The notes below the pieces were generated by a model. It worked only from the letters and a program-made list of their open reading frames with translations. It did no database searches and was not told the DNA's origin. A stretch of DNA of 43,414 bases, taken from the NCBI GenBank assembly GCA_023146545.1, contig JAGLBW010000070.1:1-43414 (forward strand). The letters are read 5' to 3'. The translations under genes were made by a program, and so were the position numbers. This document shows positions 8,188-18,159 of the stretch, in pieces (position 1 is the stretch's first letter; every line of letters starts with the position of its first letter). Source of the DNA: Cocleimonas sp. (GTDB taxonomy: Bacteria; Pseudomonadota; Gammaproteobacteria; Thiotrichales; Thiotrichaceae).

Positions 8188-8789
8188 ATCATAGTTTCAT
8201 AAAAATCAAACCCTTAGAAACCGTTTTAATGTCAGGTGAAAAAATTATTAAAGCAAGAACTTACGCCTATTTTATTAAGGCAGAGGCGCTTGTTAGAGAA
8301 GCAGAAGTTGATAAAAAAAAAGCGGATTTAGCCGCGACTCAAGCTTTATTGAAAGCAGTTAAAAATGGTATTGCACAAGGTGAAGAAGCATCAAAGCAGC
8401 AATTGTCTGATCAAATGTTAAAGGTTTCTGTTGCGAATACAGCTCAACTGGAGCATGTAGAACAGAAACTAGCAGGCGTTGTTGTTGATGCGGTTAGAAA
8501 AATTATCGAGGATTTTGATGATAATGAATTAGCTTTATCTTTAGTTCGTAAGGGGTTAAAGCTTGTGGCTAAAAGCCAACGAGTGGTAGTGAGAGTTCAT
8601 CCAGAGGGAATGAATCAGTTAATGCAAAGCTTAATGAAACTAGAACATAATATTGAGTTTTTAGAAGTAATGCCTGATAAAAGTTTAGCACGGGGTGATT
8701 GTGTTTTAGAGTCAGATATTGGTATTGTTAAAGCAAGTGTGGAAGATCAATTACAACAGATTGAAAAAGCAATAAAAGCCGCCTTTTGA
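8184..8789 (+). CDS. sctL: T3SS stator protein SctL (YscL/FliH family)
   Basis: 201 aa with a central coiled-coil region and the FliH/YscL-type C-terminus ...ARGDCVLESDIGIVKASVEDQLQQIEKAI. Translationally coupled to sctK. Confidence 0.8.
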   Translation: MNHSFIKIKPLETVLMSGEKIIKARTYAYFIKAEALVREAEVDKKKADLAATQALLKAVKNGIAQGEEASKQQLSDQMLKVSVANTAQLEHVEQKLAGVVVDAVRKIIEDFDDNELALSLVRKGLKLVAKSQRVVVRVHPEGMNQLMQSLMKLEHNIEFLEVMPDKSLARGDCVLESDIGIVKASVEDQLQQIEKAIKAAF

Positions 8790-8833
8790 TGCTTTTTCAT
8801 ATTTTTATATTAAATAAACTAAGTATAATTAGC

Positions 8834-9391
8834 CTAATCACTGATTAGTAGTTCATTGGGCAAACGATGTTTTGGAATATCGTGCCCTTGTTTTCTTTGC
8901 CAACGATAAATAATATGAAATTGTCTAACCGAAGGTTTTTTTATTAACATTTTATCGAATAATGTTTGTCCGTATTTTTCTGAAGCATATTGACAGGCTT
9001 TAAGCCATGCAAGATCAAAACCCAAGCGTTTAATATTAAAGCGTTTTTGAAAACGCTGGCTATTTGTTGATCCAGAAACAAGAAAAACAGGGGTATAAGA
9101 CCGAGAAATACTTTTACGTCGACTAATATTCACAATAAATTTCATTTTTATACCTGCAACACCTGTAACATAAGCTGAATTTTTTGCAGGTTCTTTACGT
9201 TCTCTACTCTTTTTACTACGATACAATTGTTGTTCAAATTTCCATTGCCTTTCAATTGTTTTAGCTTCCGTTGTGTCCGTTTCGCCTTTAAACCATTTTT
9301 GATGAAGTTTCCCATTAATGCTAACAGCGACGCGCACGCCGATGTAATTTTTTGGGGTCTTTTGTGTACCATCATAGACATAGATTGCCAT
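8834..9391 (-). CDS. Tandem AP2/integrase-type DNA-binding domain protein (putative regulator or mobile-element remnant)
   Basis: Two AP2-like modules. The first is YIGVRVAVSINGKLHQKWFKGETDTTEAKTIERQW. The second is VTGVAGIKMKF...SQRFQKRFNIKRLGFDLAWLKACQYASEKYG, a GV...F-S/N-I-K-x-x-G...A pattern typical of phage and bacterial AP2 domains. Confidence 0.4.
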   Translation of the reverse strand: MAIYVYDGTQKTPKNYIGVRVAVSINGKLHQKWFKGETDTTEAKTIERQWKFEQQLYRSKKSRERKEPAKNSAYVTGVAGIKMKFIVNISRRKSISRSYTPVFLVSGSTNSQRFQKRFNIKRLGFDLAWLKACQYASEKYGQTLFDKMLIKKPSVRQFHIIYRWQRKQGHDIPKHRLPNELLISD

Positions 9392-9929
9392 AAGACTTTA
9401 GCACCTCCTAATTGTGTGTATGTTAAAAAGTATACGTTTTATTGTCATCATACAAGCTTTTTTATAGCCCTTATTTATTAAGAATTAAATAAGGTTCCCT
9501 TATACTATGATTATAGTAGGCACTAAAAACTAACTTAGTTTGCTATTGTAATAAGATCTTAATCTCTTATTTTCACGCTATTGTGTGTTACTCGTATTCT
9601 ATGAATAATACCATCAGTAAATCACAGTCAATAACGACTCTAATTATTTTCCTGCTCTACTGCATTATTTTTTCATCATAACACGATCATATTTTTGCTA
9701 AAATAGGCTGAATTTTTATAAAAAAATCGTATAAGACAATATTTTATTAGGAGTATAACTAATCTACCATAGTGGTTTATTTATTCTCAATTAACTTGAA
9801 TAGGACAGTTACAACGACAAACTATCGTCTGCATTGACTAATTCAATATTAAGGGCTGAGTTTAATGACATCATTTTTTTAGTGAATAAACATTATAAAT
9901 GTTTTTTGGGGTATTGATACAGAAAGATG

Positions 9930-9952
9930 AGAAAAACGAATGTTATTCGTTT
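9930..9952 (-). terminator. Rho-independent terminator of mfd
   Basis: On the minus strand, aaacgaat-aac-attcgttt is followed by ttttt. It overlaps the mfd stop codon. Confidence 0.55.
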
Positions 9953-12900
9953 ACAGCAATCTCTGAAAATAAACGTTTTATCCACTGTACACGTTGATCA
10001 ACTGTCTCTAATTCACACTCAAAATATAATTTGTCAGCCCCCACAATTTTGTAGTCCCAAGGTTCTTTTTGTACCACAGCCATGATTTTTATTGGATCAA
10101 CATTAGGTTTTTCATTAAAGACAATCCGCCCCCCATCTTCACCTATGTCTAATTTTAATATGCCTAATTTTTGTGCTATTTGTTTTAAGCGAGTGACTTC
10201 AAATAAGGTGTTAATGGGATCACTCAATAAACCAAAACGATCAATCATTTCGATACGCAATTCTCTCAGTTGTGCTTTAGTTTTTGTATTGGCAATGCGT
10301 TTGTAAAGAATCAAACGATGATGCACATCGGGGAGATAATCATCAGGAATGAGGGCGGGTGCACCAAGATCCACGGTTGTGCGTTTTTCGTGGCCATCAA
10401 TTTCAGGAATTTTACCTTGTTTTAAAGCCTTCACGGCACGTTCTAAAAGTTCGTTATAAAGGGAAAAACCAATCTCTTGAATTTGTCCGCTTTGTTCATC
10501 ACCGAGTAACTCACCTGCCCCTCGAATTTCCAGATCATGAGAGGCAAGGGTAAAACCTACCCCTAAATCTTCTAAAGACTCAATAGCATCTAAGCGCTTT
10601 TTAGCATCTTTACTGAGCGTTTCTTCGCTAGGGATAATAAGATAAGCATAAGCTTTATGATGTGATCGTCCTACACGACCACGCAATTGGTGTAATTGTG
10701 CGAGTCCTAGTTTGTCAGCTCGGTTGATAATAATGGTATTGGCGGTTGGTATATCAATCCCGCTTTCAATAATGGTCGTGGCAACAAGAATATGAAAACG
10801 TTGGTGATAAAAATCCTTCATGATGTTTTCGAGTTCTTTTTCGGACATTTTACCATGAGCAAATCGAATCTTAGCTTGGGGAAGATAACGTTTGAGGTCA
10901 TCGGTCATTTTTTGAATAGTTTTAACTTTATTGTGTAGGACATAAATCTGTCCACCACGCGCTAATTCACGGGCGCAAGCTTCTTGAATTAAGGCTTTAT
11001 CCCATTCTTTGACAAATGTTTTAATCGCTTGGCGTTGTGCTGGTGGCGTGGCAATAATGCTAAGGTCACGTAGTCCTGAAAGAGACATGTTTAAGGTACG
11101 TGGGATAGGAGTAGCGGTCATGGTGAGCATATCGACATTGGCTCGCAACTTTTTTAGTTGCTCTTTATGGCGAACGCCAAAACGGTGTTCTTCATCAATA
11201 ATAACTAGCCCTAAGTCATTAAATTGTATGTCACGTTGTAATAACTTATGTGTACCAATAATAATATCGATATTGCCCTTTACTAATTGGCTTAGGGTTT
11301 CATTAGTTTGTTTTTTTGTCCGAAACCGCGATAAAGTTTCAATTTTAAAGGACCAGTCGGCAAAACGATCTCGAAAATTTTGAGTGTGTTGTTGAACTAA
11401 TAAAGTGGTTGGTGCAATGATAGCAACTTGTTTTCCACCGTTTGCGGCAAGGAAGGCGGCGCGCATCGCAACTTCCGTTTTGCCAAAACCAACATCACCG
11501 CATACGACACGATCCATCGGTTGAACAGAGATCAAATCAGCTTTAACGGCTTCAATGGCTTGCGCTTGATCAGGCGTTTCTTCAAAAGGAAAGGCTTCTG
11601 AGAAAACCTGATATTCTGCTTCATTCACCTCAAAGGAGTGACCTTGTAATGCGGCACGTCGTGCATTGATTTCAAGGAGTTCTGCGGCAATATCATGAGC
11701 GCGTTGAGCGGCTTTTTTGCGGACTTTACTCCATGATTCCGAACCCAATTTATGTAAAGGAGCTTTTTCAGGGCTTGCGCCACTGTAGCGACTAATTAAA
11801 TGTAAGGAGGAAACGGGGACATAAAGTTTAGCGCCTTTGGCATATAGGAGCAGAATATATTCCTGCTCAATACCCCCTGCTTCTAATTTAATCATTCCCA
11901 TATAGCGCCCGATGCCATGCTCTTCATGAACGACAGGGGAGCCTTCGTTCAGGTCGGTTAAGTTGCCAATAATGGCTTCAGCATCACGGGTTGCTTTACG
12001 ACGATGGCGTTTTTGTTGTGCTTGTTGACCAAATAACAAATATTCAGGAATAATCGCCAGCTCACCAAGCTGTTCTTCATTTTTTAACCACAAGCCGTCC
12101 TCTAAAGGGGCGATGATGACACTGAGTTGGCTACTTCCCTCTAAGAAATTTTGCCAATCTGTGCTGGTACTGGCGGTATAGTGATACTCACGCAATAAAC
12201 CCAGTAAATTCTCACGACGACCCGCTGACTCTGCGGTAAAGAGAATACGTCCTTGATGAGCGCTAATGAACTGTTGGAGTAAAACTAAAGGTGATTTTTC
12301 ACGGGCTTGGTGTTGGATTATGGGTAGAGGATAACTGGGATAGTTATAAGCATCGCCTGCCTGTGGTTTCGAATGCGTTTTAATGCATCGAATATTGGAG
12401 AGTGCCAGATCAAGTTGCTTGGTGGTCAGAAAGAGTTTATCAGGGCTAAGTATCGGACGCTCAATATCATGACGACGTTGCTCATAGCGTTCTGCCACTG
12501 TATCACAAAAAAGATGAGCTGCTTTTTCAGTGCCACTATCATAAATGAGCAGTGTTTTTTCAGGTAAATAATCAAATAAAGTGGCCGTTTCGTTAAAAAA
12601 GAGTGGCAGATAATATTCAATACCCGAAGGAGGTGTGCCGTTCGTGACGTTATCATAAATTTGACTGCGTGAGAGGTCACCGCCGAGTTGTTCACTGTAG
12701 TTTATACGGAAGGTTTGAATCCCTTCTGCGTTTAAAGGAAACTCCTGTGCAGGTAGTAACTCGATATGCTCCAGTTGTTTAATGGTGAGCTGATCTTCGG
12801 GGTTAAAACTACGGATAGAGTCTACTTCATCATCGAATAAATCAATCCGAATAGGATGCTGGCTACCCATGGGAAAGAGATCAATTAAAGCCCCACGGGT

Positions 12901-13395
12901 GGTATATTCTCCATGCTCCATAACTTGAGAAACGTGACGATAGCCTGTTTCTTCAAGTTGCAGGCGCATTAATTCAATATCTAAGGTATCCCCTTTCGCT
13001 AATAAAAAAATATTAGCACGAATATAATGGGTGGGTGCAAGGCGGTGCATTAGAGTAGAGACAGGAACAATCAGTACCCCCTGTTGTAGGGAGGACAGTT
13101 GATAGAGCGCTTTCAATCGTTCTGAGATGAGTGCTTCATGTGGGGAAAAAACATCATAGGGCAAGGTTTCCCAGTCGGGAAAAATATGAATGTTTTTAAT
13201 ATCAGAGAAAAAACGCAGATTGGCTTCAGCTTGATAAGCACTATGGGTATCGGGGGTGACTAATAACAGGAGTCCTTTATAAGTACTTGCGGTATTAGCA
13301 ATCAATAAGTCTTTAGAACAGCCGTGTAACTGTCCCCAATTAATGCTTTTTTTTTGTTTTTCGGGATAAATGGGGTTTATGGTGGGGTGAGCCAT
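9943..13395 (-). CDS. mfd: Transcription-repair coupling factor Mfd
   Basis: GDVGFGKTEVAMRAAF (Walker A), IIDEEHRFGV, TATPIPRT, and DWETLPYDVFSPH near the N-terminus as in E. coli Mfd. Alignment with the E. coli N-terminus places the start at the ATG at 13395, not at 13491 as in the track. Confidence 0.95.
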   Translation of the reverse strand: MAHPTINPIYPEKQKKSINWGQLHGCSKDLLIANTASTYKGLLLLVTPDTHSAYQAEANLRFFSDIKNIHIFPDWETLPYDVFSPHEALISERLKALYQLSSLQQGVLIVPVSTLMHRLAPTHYIRANIFLLAKGDTLDIELMRLQLEETGYRHVSQVMEHGEYTTRGALIDLFPMGSQHPIRIDLFDDEVDSIRSFNPEDQLTIKQLEHIELLPAQEFPLNAEGIQTFRINYSEQLGGDLSRSQIYDNVTNGTPPSGIEYYLPLFFNETATLFDYLPEKTLLIYDSGTEKAAHLFCDTVAERYEQRRHDIERPILSPDKLFLTTKQLDLALSNIRCIKTHSKPQAGDAYNYPSYPLPIIQHQAREKSPLVLLQQFISAHQGRILFTAESAGRRENLLGLLREYHYTASTSTDWQNFLEGSSQLSVIIAPLEDGLWLKNEEQLGELAIIPEYLLFGQQAQQKRHRRKATRDAEAIIGNLTDLNEGSPVVHEEHGIGRYMGMIKLEAGGIEQEYILLLYAKGAKLYVPVSSLHLISRYSGASPEKAPLHKLGSESWSKVRKKAAQRAHDIAAELLEINARRAALQGHSFEVNEAEYQVFSEAFPFEETPDQAQAIEAVKADLISVQPMDRVVCGDVGFGKTEVAMRAAFLAANGGKQVAIIAPTTLLVQQHTQNFRDRFADWSFKIETLSRFRTKKQTNETLSQLVKGNIDIIIGTHKLLQRDIQFNDLGLVIIDEEHRFGVRHKEQLKKLRANVDMLTMTATPIPRTLNMSLSGLRDLSIIATPPAQRQAIKTFVKEWDKALIQEACARELARGGQIYVLHNKVKTIQKMTDDLKRYLPQAKIRFAHGKMSEKELENIMKDFYHQRFHILVATTIIESGIDIPTANTIIINRADKLGLAQLHQLRGRVGRSHHKAYAYLIIPSEETLSKDAKKRLDAIESLEDLGVGFTLASHDLEIRGAGELLGDEQSGQIQEIGFSLYNELLERAVKALKQGKIPEIDGHEKRTTVDLGAPALIPDDYLPDVHHRLILYKRIANTKTKAQLRELRIEMIDRFGLLSDPINTLFEVTRLKQIAQKLGILKLDIGEDGGRIVFNEKPNVDPIKIMAVVQKEPWDYKIVGADKLYFECELETVDQRVQWIKRLFSEIAVNE

Positions 13396-13936
13396 TGCCA
13401 AAGCCTTTAGGTAATAATATTTGGAGATAAGGGAGGGATTATTACAGAATAAGTTAACGTGTTGCAAACGGTTGTTAATGATTAATCGCAATATTTTTTG
13501 TTTTAATAAAATTCAGTTTTAACAAGAAAATGAAGGGTGGTTAATAAGTAGATTGCTTTATATTTAATCACTTTTTAGCATTGTTGAGCTTTTTCTTGTT
13601 TTGATCGGAGGTTCGATTTTATTGATTATTGATTCACCTTAATATAGGGGGAGATTGATTATTTTTAGCATTGCGCTTCTTATCTCAAAAAATACCATTA
13701 ATATCCTGTTCATGGCATAATAAAATTATTCATTAATCTAAAATCAGATCATATCTAATGCTTTGTTTGCTATGCTTTTTTATTAAGCAGACAAAATAGC
13801 GTTTTATTACCACTGTTGATAAGACAACACTTTTCCTATGTTTCAGTCATTGCAAAAAAGTGTATTCAAAGCCAGTCAAGCTCATGAGGCTTGTGATATT
13901 TTTCTGTCTTAATAAACAATAAATAAAGGGTGTGTT

Positions 13937-14686
13937 TTGATACTTATGCAATCGGTTTTGGAATTAAAAGGGGAAATGTTGATGCTAAACGTGTTGCGTT
14001 TACACGACATTAATATTGATCATATTGAAGTGGCATTACAAAAAAAACGAGATGAAGCACCGTTGTTTTTTATCCAAAGTCCTATCGTTGTGGATTGCTC
14101 TAAGTTAGGGAAAGGGGGAAAAGCGTTAGATTTAGGTACGTTACGACGTATTTTGATTAAAATGGACTTTGTTCCTGTGGGGTTAAGAGGGATTCCCGAT
14201 AGCCTACGTGCAGCCGCTTTAGTGGCGGGTTGGAATGTCTTACGTTCACCTGCTCGCCCACCGCAGGATACAACCGTGTCAACAATGAAGGGGGGGAATT
14301 CTAAAAGCATTAGTTTAGATGACCCTGTAGGTGAGATGGTCACGCCTCCCCTTGCTAAAACTAATGTCATTATTGAACGTCCAATACGTTCGGGTCAACA
14401 AGTCTATGCCGAGAGCACTGACCTGATTGTTTTAGCACATACGAGTGCTGGTTCTGAAGTCATGGCGGATGGTTCAGTTCATGTTTATGGGCCTTTACGA
14501 GGACGTGTATTAGCGGGTGTCAAAGGTGATAAAACCGCTCGTATTTTTTGTAGTGCATTAGAAGCCGAGCTGATTGTGATTGCAGGCTGTTATCAGCTTC
14601 TTGATGAGAGTGATACTGATTTAAAAGGTAAGCCTGCGATGATTCGTTTAGATAACGAGCGATTAATCATAGAGCCTTTATCATAA
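13937..14686 (+). CDS. minC: Septum site-determining protein MinC
   Basis: The LELKGEMLMLNVLRLH N-terminus and the C-terminal IERPIRSGQQVYA...LIVLAHTSAGSEVMADGSVHVYGPLRGRVLAG match E. coli MinC. The start could instead be the ATG at 13946. Confidence 0.9.
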   Translation: MILMQSVLELKGEMLMLNVLRLHDINIDHIEVALQKKRDEAPLFFIQSPIVVDCSKLGKGGKALDLGTLRRILIKMDFVPVGLRGIPDSLRAAALVAGWNVLRSPARPPQDTTVSTMKGGNSKSISLDDPVGEMVTPPLAKTNVIIERPIRSGQQVYAESTDLIVLAHTSAGSEVMADGSVHVYGPLRGRVLAGVKGDKTARIFCSALEAELIVIAGCYQLLDESDTDLKGKPAMIRLDNERLIIEPLS

Positions 14687-14761
14687 ATAATGAACTATAA
14701 CGAACTGAAAAAAAGATAGATTGAAAAAGTGTAATATTTATAGAATTTTTGGAGAAAATAA

Positions 14762-15568
14762 TTGAGTAAAGTAATTGTTGTGACATCAGGGAAGGGTGGT
14801 GTTGGTAAAACAACAACCAGTGCAGCCTTTGCTGCTGGGTTAGCAGGAAAAGGATATAAAACAGCTGTTATTGATTTTGATGTCGGCTTGCGTAACCTTG
14901 ATTTGATTATGGGTGTTGAGCGACGGGTAGTGTATGATTTCGTCAATGTGATTAATGGTGAAGCGACGTTACGTCAAGCACTAATCAAAGATAAACGTGT
15001 GGATAATTTGTTTATTTTACCCGCATCACAAACCCGTGATAAAGATGCCTTAACCCAAGAAGGTGTTGAAAATGTTATTAATGATTTAAAAGAAGATGGT
15101 TTCGATTATATTGTTTGTGATTCCCCCGCAGGGATTGAAAAAGGGGCTTTTATGGCACTGTATTTTGCTGATGAAGCCATTATTGTAACTAACCCCGAAG
15201 TTTCTTCGGTACGTGACTCTGATCGTATTTTGGGTATCTTACAAAGCAAATCACGGGTTGCTGTTGAAGGCGGTATCGTGAAAGAACACCTCATGATTAC
15301 ACGCTATTCAGCAGAGCGAGTTGATAAGGGAGATATGATCAGCCTTGAAGATATTGTTGATATTTTGTCCGTTCCTTTGCTGGGGGTTATTCCCGAATCG
15401 AACTCAGTATTGCAAGCCTCCAATAGTGGTATTCCTGTCATTATGGATACGGAAAGTAGGGCAGGGCAAGCTTACTTGGATACCGTTTCTCGTTATCTAG
15501 GTGATAATGTGCCCCATCGCTTTTTGGATGTAAAAAAAACCGGTTTCTTTAAAAAGCTGTTCAGTTAG
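14762..15568 (+). CDS. minD: Septum site-determining ATPase MinD
   Basis: Deviant Walker A SGKGGVGKTT, 268 aa, TTG start, located between minC and minE. Confidence 0.95.
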   Translation: MSKVIVVTSGKGGVGKTTTSAAFAAGLAGKGYKTAVIDFDVGLRNLDLIMGVERRVVYDFVNVINGEATLRQALIKDKRVDNLFILPASQTRDKDALTQEGVENVINDLKEDGFDYIVCDSPAGIEKGAFMALYFADEAIIVTNPEVSSVRDSDRILGILQSKSRVAVEGGIVKEHLMITRYSAERVDKGDMISLEDIVDILSVPLLGVIPESNSVLQASNSGIPVIMDTESRAGQAYLDTVSRYLGDNVPHRFLDVKKTGFFKKLFS

Positions 15569-15578
15569 GAGAAGCATA

Positions 15579-15851
15579 ATGGGATTGTTTGATATCTTTA
15601 GGCAGAATAGAAAGAAAAATACTGCCAACATTGCGAAGGAACGCTTACAGATATTAATTGCACACGAGCATGCCAGCCGGGAAAATGGAATACCCGCACC
15701 AAATTATTTGCCTCAGTTACGGGGGGAAATTGTGGATGTGATTCGTAAATACATTGCTGTCGATGATAATAGTGTTAATGTTAATATTGAGAAAGGTGCA
15801 GATTTTGATGTGCTAGAGCTGAATATTGCGTTGCCTGAGCGGCGGCGTTAA
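15579..15851 (+). CDS. minE: Cell division topological specificity factor MinE
   Basis: MGLFDIFRQNRKK...AKERLQILIAHE N-terminus, 90 aa, follows minD. Confidence 0.9.
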   Translation: MGLFDIFRQNRKKNTANIAKERLQILIAHEHASRENGIPAPNYLPQLRGEIVDVIRKYIAVDDNSVNVNIEKGADFDVLELNIALPERRR

Positions 15852-15886
15852 GCGATCAATAGATCAAGACCTTAATGTGTCTTATT

Positions 15887-15920
15887 CCTGCTCGGGTAAA
15901 GAGCAGGGTTTCTCTTTTTA
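15887..15920 (+). terminator. Rho-independent terminator after minE
   Basis: Stem cctgctc / gagcagg with a 7-nt loop, followed by gtttctcttttta. Confidence 0.55.
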
Positions 15921-15937
15921 TAACAGCCATTAGTGCG

Positions 15938-16414
15938 TTACTTCACTTCCCAATCCCCCGATTTTCCACCACTCTTTTTTAATAAACGCACATTGTTTAT
16001 TGCCATACCTCGATCAACCGCTTTACACATATCATAGATCGTTAATAAAGCAATCTGAGTTGCGGTTAGGGCCTCCATTTCAACACCTGTTTGTCCACTG
16101 GTTTCAACGGTTGTTTGACAATAAATAGCAGAAGGTTGTTGTTCTATTTTAAAGATGATCTCTACTTTAGTGAGTGCCAAAGGGTGACATAAGGGAATCA
16201 GGTCAGCGGTTCTTTTTGAAGCCATAATGCCTGCAATACGGGCTACACCTAAAACATCCCCTTTTTTATGTGTCCCTGATAAAATATGCGCGAGGGTTGT
16301 CTCCTTCATCGTGATGCGACCTTCTGTCACTGCCTTACGGTGTGTGATTGCTTTTCCACCCACATCCACCATATGTACCTCGCCTTGTTCATTAAAATGC
16401 GTTAGTTTTGTCAT
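15938..16414 (-). CDS. moaC: Cyclic pyranopterin monophosphate synthase MoaC
   Basis: [44 protein letters not shown] and MEALTA motifs. The ATG at 16414 (MTKLTHF) is preferred over the longer track ORF. Confidence 0.9.
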   Translation of the reverse strand: MTKLTHFNEQGEVHMVDVGGKAITHRKAVTEGRITMKETTLAHILSGTHKKGDVLGVARIAGIMASKRTADLIPLCHPLALTKVEIIFKIEQQPSAIYCQTTVETSGQTGVEMEALTATQIALLTIYDMCKAVDRGMAINNVRLLKKSGGKSGDWEVK

Positions 16415-16506
16415 TCTGATCCTTATTGAAGCGCCTTGGGTTTTAGCATGATAAATCAATACCGCGTACACTTGTATCCACATGGCTCTCTCTTGTTATT
16501 AATAAC

Positions 16507-17184
16507 GTGCTGATGCCTTTTTTTAACATAATCTGTGTTCTGTGCGAGGAGCCTGTTGAGCACAGTCAACCTTTTTCATTGTGCAAAACCTGTCAATCGG
16601 ATCTCCCTTTTATTCAAAAACACTGTAAGCAATGTGGTCTTTCTTTAACTACTGATGCTGTTTTGTGTGGGCAATGTCAACAAAACGCGCCGCCTATTGA
16701 TTATCTGATTGCTAGTCTATGGTATCAACACCCTGTTAATTATCTAATTTCACAGTTAAAATTTCAAAAAAACTTAATTTATGCCAAAATTTTAGGGCAT
16801 TTATTATTAGATACCTTACAACAAAAAAAACCGAGCTTACCTGAGCTTATTCTGCCTGTCCCCTTACATCGTAATCGCTTGCGCCACCGTGGATTTAATC
16901 AAGCTATCGAAATAGCCAAGCCTATTGCTAAAGCGCTGAACCTTCGATTGGATATTAAATCCATCCAGCGTATGAAATCAACCCCTGCCCAATCTCGTTT
17001 AAAAGCAAAACAACGTCGTTCTAATTTAAAAAATAGTTTTTCCTTAAAACAGCCACTCAATGTTGAACATATTGTGTTGCTTGATGATGTTGTGACCACA
17101 GGCTCTACGGTGTATGAATTAGCTCGTTTGTTAAAGAAATCAGGAGTTAAAACGGTTGGTGTTTGGACGGTTTCGAGGGCGTAA
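16507..17184 (+). CDS. comF: ComF family protein (phosphoribosyltransferase domain, ComFC/GntX-like)
   Basis: N-terminal Cys pairs (CxxC...CxxC) and the PRTase motif VLLDDVVTTGSTV. Confidence 0.8.
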   Translation: MLMPFFNIICVLCEEPVEHSQPFSLCKTCQSDLPFIQKHCKQCGLSLTTDAVLCGQCQQNAPPIDYLIASLWYQHPVNYLISQLKFQKNLIYAKILGHLLLDTLQQKKPSLPELILPVPLHRNRLRHRGFNQAIEIAKPIAKALNLRLDIKSIQRMKSTPAQSRLKAKQRRSNLKNSFSLKQPLNVEHIVLLDDVVTTGSTVYELARLLKKSGVKTVGVWTVSRA

Positions 17185-17405
17185 TTTATGTTTTGAGAGT
17201 GATCATGACGCTATTGAAAAGAAACCCGCTCTACCTCTAGGTTGCTATCACTTGGAATGTAACTGACTCTTTTATTCGATCGTCATGGGTAGCGATAAGA
17301 AAGATAAAATAGCCCCTACTCATTGGAAAAAACCTGATGTTTAGCCTTTGTTAAAAGAGTAGATCAGGTATTATATGATCAATTTTATAACATGAGGAAA
17401 TACAG

Positions 17406-18059
17406 ATGACTCAAGATGAAATGAAGGCGGCAGCGGCAGCGGCAGCGATTGAGTATGTTGAAGTAGGGATGATTGTAGGTATTGGAACAGGCTCTACAGC
17501 GAATCATTTTATTGATCAATTGGCAAAAATAAAACATAAAATAGACGCAACGGTTGCAAGTTCTGTTGCTAGTGAGGAGCGTTTAAAAGGTCACGGCATT
17601 ACCGTTTTAGATTTAAATACAGCAGGTGCTTTATCACTTTATGTTGATGGTGCAGATGAGTCAAATAAAAGCCTGCATTTGATTAAAGGTGGTGGGGGGG
17701 CGTTGACGCGTGAGAAAATTGTAGCAGCAGCGAGTGAAAAATTCGTCTGTATTGCGGATGAAAGTAAATTAGTTGATGTTATGGGCAGTTTTCCGTTACC
17801 TGTGGAAGTGATTCCGATGGCGCAAAGTTATATTGGTCGTGAAATTGTGAAAATGGGAGGAACACCTGTTTTGCGTGAAGGCTTTATTACGGATAATGGC
17901 AATGTGATTATTGATGTTCACAATTTATCGATAACGGATGCCGTTAAAATGGAAGCTGATTTTAATCGTTTAGCAGGTGTTGTTACGGTCGGTCTATTCG
18001 CCGAGCGTCCTGCAGATGTTTTAATCCTTGGCACACCCAATGGTGCGGTTACGGTATAG
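17406..18059 (+). CDS. rpiA: Ribose-5-phosphate isomerase A
   Basis: [20 protein letters not shown] and [11 protein letters not shown] motifs. Confidence 0.95.
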   Translation: MTQDEMKAAAAAAAIEYVEVGMIVGIGTGSTANHFIDQLAKIKHKIDATVASSVASEERLKGHGITVLDLNTAGALSLYVDGADESNKSLHLIKGGGGALTREKIVAAASEKFVCIADESKLVDVMGSFPLPVEVIPMAQSYIGREIVKMGGTPVLREGFITDNGNVIIDVHNLSITDAVKMEADFNRLAGVVTVGLFAERPADVLILGTPNGAVTV

Positions 18060-18159
18060 GGCTATGGGATAAGGCAGGAGCAATTTTTAGTCAACAAAAT
18101 AGGTTTATATTTAACTAAAGTTGCTCCGATGCGGGTAGAGCCTGCATCAATCAGGATGA

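Noticed and set aside
9227-9481. 84-aa plus-strand ORF
   Set aside because: It is mostly antisense to the AP2-like gene and has a Phe/Cys-rich noise-like composition.
13396-13491. 32-codon N-terminal extension of the mfd ORF in the track
   Set aside because: Alignment with the E. coli Mfd N-terminus starts at MAHPT (ATG at 13395). The extension is AT-rich with no homolog.
14020-15294. Minus-strand ORFs 14020-14370, 14695-14946 and 15106-15294
   Set aside because: They are antisense shadows of minC and minD, which are unambiguous.
17427-17447. GCGGCA x3 hexanucleotide repeat
   Set aside because: It simply encodes a poly-Ala run (AAAAAAA) at the RpiA N-terminus. It is short and of no evident significance.
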